NCBI GenBank assembly: GCA_943788985.1
Contig: CALSSJ010000017.1
Span: forward strand, 83,795 to 147,794
From: an uncultured Lentisphaerales bacterium
GTDB taxonomy: Bacteria > Verrucomicrobiota > Lentisphaeria > JABSQK01 > UBA12247
Direction: 5' to 3'
DNA length: 64,000 nt
Both the position numbers and the translations under genes were made by a program. Below are positions 59,542 through 64,000 of this stretch, piece after piece. Numbering within the stretch: the stretch's first letter is position 1; each line of letters starts with the position of its first letter. The notes beneath the pieces are model-generated. The model saw only the letters and a list, made by a program, of their open reading frames with translations, did no database searches and was not told the DNA's origin.

Positions 59542-60015
59542 TCTCTGCACGCTTGGCAGCTGGGTCTGGCCTAGCTAGCAGGCAAAAATCTGGGTGGCGT
59601 TAGGTCCGTGTAGCCTGCTCTTTCGGCTTCTCATCTGGTGCGATTCACGCACCAATGCCACGGAACTACCCCTCGCGCAGTGAAACTTCGGCAGCAAGTT
59701 AAATGCCTTGACCTACGCCTGCACTATGCTCCCCACGGGGTGTAAACTCGTAGGACCGGCTACTTTGATTCCAGCCTGATGTGGCTTGGGATTCTGGTGT
59801 TCATCGCCTGACATCCCGTCCCATTCGTCTGCAAGCGGCTGTTCCGCGCCCGGGCGGCAAAGCGCGCGCTGACTTTGGCATAGATGCCCCGCCGCTCAGT
59901 GGGTGCCGTCTAGATAAAGACCCATTTCGGCAGCTTGTGGCAGAGCAGGCTTGCCCAACACGCTAGCTCACGTACATTCGGCACGCTTGAATGCTGACAA
60001 CTGAAGGAGCTTTCC

Positions 60016-60759
60016 GTGAGCCAATTGGGTTATGATGACACGCCGCATATTTCGGGCAATCCGTACCGCGTCCACGATAAAGCGCGCCCGCAACCACGCG
60101 TGGTCGCACCCGGGACGGAAAGCTCGCAGGAAAATCCGGGTAACGCACCCGCTGATGCACAGATTTTGTTCGATGGCAGCAATCTCTCCGGCTGGGAAAG
60201 CGTCCGAGATGGCTCTGACGCTGCCTGGAAGCTGGAGCACGGCTACATGGAAGTGGTCCCCACTACCGGCGATATTCAGACCAAGGCACACTTCGGCGAT
60301 TGCCAACTGCACGTGGAGTTTGCCTCGCCTGAAGTTGTGAAGGGCGATGGCCAGGGCCGCGGCAATAGCGGCCTGTTCCTGATGGGCCGCTATGAGATTC
60401 AGGTCTTGGATTGTTTTCAGAACCCGACCTACGCAGATGGCACGACCGGCGGAATCTACGGGCAATGCCCGCCCCTGGTGAATCCCTGTCGCGCCCCCGG
60501 CGCTTGGCAGACGTACGATATTATCTGGATCGGCCCACGCTTTTGCAATGGCAAGCTGGTATGCCAGGCTGCGGTGACGGTGTTTCTGAATGGGGTGCTG
60601 CTGCACCACAACAAGACGCTATTGGGGCCCACTGAGCATCGCACGACGACCCGGTATGAGGAGCACCCACAGCAAGGCCCGCTCCGGCTGCAGGATCACG
60701 GGGATCTAGTGCGTTTTCGTAATGTCTGGCAGCGCCCGCTGACAGATTACGACGGCTGA
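60016..60759 (+). CDS. DUF1080 (3-keto-disaccharide hydrolase-like, concanavalin fold) protein
   Basis: Contains ILFDGSNLSGWE, LHVEF..P, GNSGLFLMGRYEIQVLD, QDHGDLVRFRNVW. GTG start, preceded by GAAGGAG. Confidence 0.75.
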   Translation: MSQLGYDDTPHISGNPYRVHDKARPQPRVVAPGTESSQENPGNAPADAQILFDGSNLSGWESVRDGSDAAWKLEHGYMEVVPTTGDIQTKAHFGDCQLHVEFASPEVVKGDGQGRGNSGLFLMGRYEIQVLDCFQNPTYADGTTGGIYGQCPPLVNPCRAPGAWQTYDIIWIGPRFCNGKLVCQAAVTVFLNGVLLHHNKTLLGPTEHRTTTRYEEHPQQGPLRLQDHGDLVRFRNVWQRPLTDYDG

Positions 60760-60852
60760 ACCGGTAGTATTTGTTTTGCGACCGGGTTTAAAGGTTATTG
60801 ACATGAAGTCGTGTAGCATAAACGTGTTGGCAGGTGTCTGATTATCGAAGAC

Positions 60853-61437
60853 TTGGAAAACTTTCCGTCTGACCGGGAGCTTCTGGAGCGTGCCCAGAGC
60901 GGCGATGACGAAGCGTTCGGCCTACTCGTGCAGGTGCACCAGGCCAAACTGCGCGGCTTTGCCGCGCGCTACCTCGATGACTCCAATGATGTGTATGACA
61001 TCGTGCAGGATGCCTTTGTGGACGCCTATCGCCATCTGGACCGCTTCGACCTGTCGCGACAGTTTGGGCCATGGCTGCGAGCGATCTGCAAAAATCGCAT
61101 CCTGAATCTGTTTCGCTCACGCCGGGTGCGGCGTGATGTGAACCTCACGATCATTGACGATGCGCTGGCGGATCAGGTGCAGTCCGAAGAGGCTGTGGAT
61201 GAGAATTTTGTGGATCGCCTAGTGGCCATGCGTCACTGCATCCAAAAGCTGCCGGATTCTCAGAAGGAGCTCATCGAGCTTCGCTACAATGTCAGGGTCA
61301 GCGTCAAGGATCTGGCGGAAACGATGAATGTGAGCGCAGCAGCTTTGTCTATGCAGCTGATGCGCATGCGCCATAGCATCAAGCGGTGCATGCAACTGCG
61401 CCTGTCATTGAAACCCAGTGAGGAGACAGAGCCATGA
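60853..61437 (+). CDS. ECF (sigma-70 family) RNA polymerase sigma factor
   Basis: Region 2 (DIVQDAFVDAYRHLDRF...FGPWLRAICKNRILN) and region 4 (ELIELRYNVRVSVKDLAETMNVSAAAL). Confidence 0.85.
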   Translation: MENFPSDRELLERAQSGDDEAFGLLVQVHQAKLRGFAARYLDDSNDVYDIVQDAFVDAYRHLDRFDLSRQFGPWLRAICKNRILNLFRSRRVRRDVNLTIIDDALADQVQSEEAVDENFVDRLVAMRHCIQKLPDSQKELIELRYNVRVSVKDLAETMNVSAAALSMQLMRMRHSIKRCMQLRLSLKPSEETEP

Positions 61438-62408
61438 ACAGGGAAGAAATGTCTCGCTTCCTCGAGGAGTATCGCGATGGCGTCATCAATGAAGAGGACG
61501 CCCGCAAGGTTGCGAGCGCGATTCGTGATGGTGGGGAGAATGCCGCCTGGGTCCTCGGGGAGCTTCAGTTTACGGGCTTTCTCTCCCAGGCACTTAATTC
61601 GATGGATGATGAGTCGTTCGCCCGGAGCTTTATTGAGCGACTTGCCGCGGAGCGTTCGGCCAAGGATTTCAGCCGCGATGTCATTTCGGCGGCCACTGGT
61701 CAGCATCGAGCGGTAGGCCCACAGGGAGAGCTTCCGTTCGGCTTGGCGAGCAATGCGCTGGAAAGTAAAGAGCAGCGCGAGGCTCGGGCAAAGCGCACCA
61801 AGAAATGGCAGTACATCGCCGCCACAGTCGGCCTGATCGGCATCGTCGTCGTCCTCGACCTTATTCCCAGTTCCGTCGATGACCGGATGGGAACGCTCAG
61901 CGAAATCACTACCGGCGTGTCACTGATCCGCCATAACAGAGAAGTCCTGCCGCACAAGAAGGACAAGCAAATCATACTGACGCGCGGTGACTTCATCATG
62001 CGCGGCGACGTGTTGCGCGTTCCCGCTGCGGACTCCGCACGAATTAGGATCTCCGAAAACAGCTGGATCAATCTCTACAACGGAGCAGCGGCGGTGTTCG
62101 CGCCCAACCTCCCCGGAGAGACGAGGGTTCGGGCAGAGGATCGCGAGAACCTGATACTATTGCTCACCGAAGGAATTCTGGAGGCTCTGCTGGAGCCCCG
62201 CAGCCAACCGGTGATACTGGCCACCCCACACACCATCGCGGAGTCCAAAGAAGCCCGCTTCACGGTTACGGTCACAAGGTCCACCAGTGTGGTCTCGGTT
62301 GAATCTGGCCGGGTCGTAATCACCCGCCGCTCGGACGGCCAGAGTGCAATCCTGACCGCCGGAAAAACCACTTATGTCAGCGCCGGTGGGGCGCTGTTAG
62401 TCGAGTAG
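61434..62408 (+). CDS. FecR-like anti-sigma factor
   Basis: Overlaps the sigma stop by 4 nt. Has an N-terminal anti-sigma helix region, one TM segment (WQYIAATVGLIGIVVVLDLI) and a FecR-like beta domain (GVSLIRHNRE...RGDVLRVPA...). Confidence 0.7.
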   Translation: MNREEMSRFLEEYRDGVINEEDARKVASAIRDGGENAAWVLGELQFTGFLSQALNSMDDESFARSFIERLAAERSAKDFSRDVISAATGQHRAVGPQGELPFGLASNALESKEQREARAKRTKKWQYIAATVGLIGIVVVLDLIPSSVDDRMGTLSEITTGVSLIRHNREVLPHKKDKQIILTRGDFIMRGDVLRVPAADSARIRISENSWINLYNGAAAVFAPNLPGETRVRAEDRENLILLLTEGILEALLEPRSQPVILATPHTIAESKEARFTVTVTRSTSVVSVESGRVVITRRSDGQSAILTAGKTTYVSAGGALLVE

Positions 62409-62419
62409 GAGGACAAAAA

Positions 62420-63226
62420 ATGACAAGTCCACACACACGGGTAAACGTAAACACGCTGCATCGCATGAAGGCCAAGGGCGAAAAAATCGCAATGCTGACC
62501 GCCTATGATTTTTACACGGCGCAGATTTTTGACCAAGCAGGCATCGACATGTTGCTGGTCGGTGATACCCTGGGAATGGCCTTTGCCGGGCAGGAGGATA
62601 CGCTGGGCGTGCGCCTGGAACAGATGGTCTACCACTGCGAGATTGTCTCCCGGGCAGCACAGCGCGCAATGATCGTGGGTGACATGCCCTTTCTGAGTTA
62701 CCAGGTCAGTGCCGAGAAAGCGGTCGAAAATGCCGGGGCCTTGATCCAAGACGGCCGCGTACAAGCGGTAAAACTCGAGGGCGGGCGCACCATGGTACCG
62801 GTGATCAAGCGCATTCTTCGTGCCGGCATTCCAGTCATGGGCCACGTCGGACTCACGCCACAATCTGTCCATCGCTTTGGCGGTTGGCGCCTGCAGGGCA
62901 AGACTGCGAACTCCGCAGACCTCGTCCTACATGCCGCCCTGGCACTGGAAGACGCGGGCTGTTTTGCCGTAGTCCTGGAAGCGATTCCAGCAGAACTGGC
63001 AGACCAGATCACTGAGAAACTCACGATCCCCACAATTGGGATCGGTGCCGGGGTTGGCTGTGACGGACAAGTGCTGGTGACGCCCGACATGCTGGGGATC
63101 ACGGATTTTCGCGCTCGCTTCATTAAACGCTATGCGAGTGTGAAGGACGTACTGAGTCAGGCGGCAGGCGACTATTTGAAGGAAGTGAAAGATGGAACCT
63201 TCCCCAGTTCCGAGAACGAGTACTGA
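62420..63226 (+). CDS. panB: 3-methyl-2-oxobutanoate hydroxymethyltransferase
   Basis: AGGAGG RBS. Contains KIAMLTAYDFYTAQIFDQAGIDMLLVGDTLGM, GDMPFLSY, VKLEGG and GHVGLTPQS. Confidence 0.95.
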   Translation: MTSPHTRVNVNTLHRMKAKGEKIAMLTAYDFYTAQIFDQAGIDMLLVGDTLGMAFAGQEDTLGVRLEQMVYHCEIVSRAAQRAMIVGDMPFLSYQVSAEKAVENAGALIQDGRVQAVKLEGGRTMVPVIKRILRAGIPVMGHVGLTPQSVHRFGGWRLQGKTANSADLVLHAALALEDAGCFAVVLEAIPAELADQITEKLTIPTIGIGAGVGCDGQVLVTPDMLGITDFRARFIKRYASVKDVLSQAAGDYLKEVKDGTFPSSENEY

Positions 63227-63274
63227 ACCGCGCGCGACTTTGTATAGTGGCGTCCTTTTTCCCGGGACCACAGC

Positions 63275-64000
63275 ATGACACCGACTCACGACTTGAATAT
63301 ACTTGGAACTGACGCTCTGATTTCCCCGAGAGAATTATCAGAAACGATGCCAATCTCGCCGGAAGCAGCAGAATGCGTATTGGCAGCACGGGCGGATGTG
63401 CGCTCTATCCTTCGTGGCGAAGATTCCCGCCTGCTAGTGGTCGTTGGGCCTTGCTCGATTCACGACTCGGATGCGGCGTTAGAGTATGCCCAACGTCTAG
63501 CCATAGTAGCTAGTGAGGTCTCAGACACCATGTTAGTGACCATGCGCGTCTACTTCGAAAAGCCGCGCACGACGGTCGGCTGGAAAGGCCTGATCAACGA
63601 TCCGCATCTAGATGATTCCTTCGATATGAACGGTGGCCTGCGCCTGGCTCGAGAGCTGTTGTTGCAGATCGTGGCTCTAGGGTTGCCGGCCGCGACCGAG
63701 ATGCTTGACCCGATTACCCCACAGTACATCTCCGATCTCGTGGCACTGGCGGCTATTGGTGCGCGCACCACTGAGTCGCCGACCCATCGCCAGATGGCCA
63801 GTGGCCTCTCGATGCCAGTGGGCTACAAGAATAGCACCGGTGGCGACCTCAAGACCGCCACAGACGCCATGCTAGCCGCGCGCGCACCACACAGTTTTCT
63901 GGGCATTGATTACGACGGCAGAACCTGCATCGTCAACACCAGAGGGAACGACGACGGCTTCCTCATTCTTCGCGGCGGCACAGACGGCCCTAACTATGAC
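63275..64000 (+). CDS. Class I (AroF/G/H-type) DAHP synthase, 3' end beyond the window
   Basis: The frame is open to the window end. Contains RLLVVVGPCSIHD, RVYFEKPRTTVGWKGLINDP, GARTTES and GYKNSTGG. Confidence 0.9.
   Translation, partial: MTPTHDLNILGTDALISPRELSETMPISPEAAECVLAARADVRSILRGEDSRLLVVVGPCSIHDSDAALEYAQRLAIVASEVSDTMLVTMRVYFEKPRTTVGWKGLINDPHLDDSFDMNGGLRLARELLLQIVALGLPAATEMLDPITPQYISDLVALAAIGARTTESPTHRQMASGLSMPVGYKNSTGGDLKTATDAMLAARAPHSFLGIDYDGRTCIVNTRGNDDGFLILRGGTDGPNYD

Larger units (their letters stand above)
541..62917. repeat. Dispersed 13-bp palindromic motif family TGCG[GA]A[CG]T[CT]CGCA (21 exact copies)
   Basis: Exact copies start at 541, 7901, 9048, 11661, 16828, 21083, 23130, 33675, 37671, 39508, 39955, 41609, 46687, 48942, 50744, 53848, 53941, 54142, 56071, 62027 and 62905. 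All were read directly from the sequence. Confidence 0.9.

Noticed and set aside
1-64000. Search by eye for rRNA, tRNA, tmRNA or CRISPR arrays in all intergenic gaps
   Set aside because: I saw no cloverleaf-compatible GTTCGAATC-type T-arms with matching acceptor stems, no rRNA-like stretches, and no regularly spaced direct repeats. A covariance-model scan would be needed to exclude small RNAs.

Overview
This is a 64-kb chromosomal window from a high-GC bacterium. All calls come from reading the sequence and ORF translations by eye; no searches were run. The gene content includes DUF1080, an ECF sigma/FecR pair, a TMTC-like GT-C enzyme, a prenyltransferase-repeat protein, and many lipoproteins. 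That mix suggests a PVC-type (Verrucomicrobia/Planctomycetes-like) organism, but this is inference only.

About 50 apparently intact CDS are present, mostly housekeeping: larE-like, SpoU methylase, mutY, recQ, pgsA, a hybrid sensor kinase, gph, dapF, dnaJ, grpE, infC-rpmI-rplT, an rhaB-like kinase, a Xer recombinase, serB, metG, ndk, ilvD, typA, fructosamine kinase, a Phd/VapC toxin-antitoxin pair, a eukaryote-type hisA, panB, and a class-I DAHP synthase that runs off the 3' edge. I saw no rRNA, tRNA or CRISPR array.

Two signals stand out beyond ordinary annotation.

1. A 13-bp palindromic word, TGCG-RASTY-CGCA, occurs at least 21 times against roughly 0.01 expected. Inside genes on either strand it is always read in the same codon phase, as Ala-x-x-Ala. 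This looks like a HIP1/USS-style genome-wide iterated motif, and I cannot assign it to any described family.

2. The density of frameshifted, nonsense-interrupted and truncated gene remnants is unusually high, at 10 or more loci. One of them is a collapsed TonB-receptor/YfiR/sensor-kinase locus.

Secondary items:
- a translationally coupled GT4 / TMTC-like / polytopic-permease / secreted-protein operon
- a 21-bp inverted-repeat (MITE-like) structure abutting the serB start, next to a degenerate Rpn-like gene
- a 32-residue tandem-repeat membrane protein coupled to a cupin
- several intergenic palindromes and phased repeats
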